From contig MU054187.1 in the NCBI GenBank assembly GCA_013239625.1, forward strand, positions 18,902,711 through 18,966,710: a DNA stretch of 64,000 nt, in the 5' to 3' direction. A program made the position numbers and the translations under genes. Positions 63,916 through 64,000 of the stretch are shown in pieces. The stretch is from Lama guanicoe (taxonomy: Eukaryota). Below the pieces are notes generated by a model, which did no database searches, was not told the origin of the DNA, and saw nothing but the letters and a program-made list of their open reading frames with translations. Position 1 is the stretch's first letter; each line of letters begins with the position of its first letter.

Positions 63916-64000
63916 TCAACCCAGATTTTTAAAATTTAAGCTGACATTTAACGATTGAGGGATTTCTTATATAAAAACCTGGATTTATGACTTTTCATGA

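Overview
Mammalian genomic DNA, most likely a camelid, judging from the repeated short tRNA-derived SINE with an AT-rich 'ACCTAATTACCTCCCC' tail. The first ~9 kb holds the last four coding exons and 3' UTR of ZBTB10 (+ strand), including a GC-AG intron and an exon built from 36-nt tandem repeats. The remaining ~53 kb looks intergenic in the ORF track: SINEs, L1 fragments, MaLR LTRs, DNA-transposon relics, an ERV env/LTR relic and two CpG islands. Hand reading of both strands, however, shows chains of exon-like segments with consensus splice sites, often phase-compatible junctions, and protein-like frames broken by scattered stops and frameshifts. I interpret these as up to four decayed multi-exon genes (candidate unitary pseudogenes). 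(A) A minus-strand gene, ~46.0 to 23.4 kb, driven by a CRE-containing CpG promoter; its reconstructed peptides resemble, from memory, the SYCP2/SYCP2L architecture. (B) A convergent plus-strand gene, ~11.3-21.8 kb. (C, D) Two divergent relics, C plus and D minus, from the 57.3-58.5 kb CpG island. All translations were done by eye and no database search was run, so the family assignments are hypotheses.
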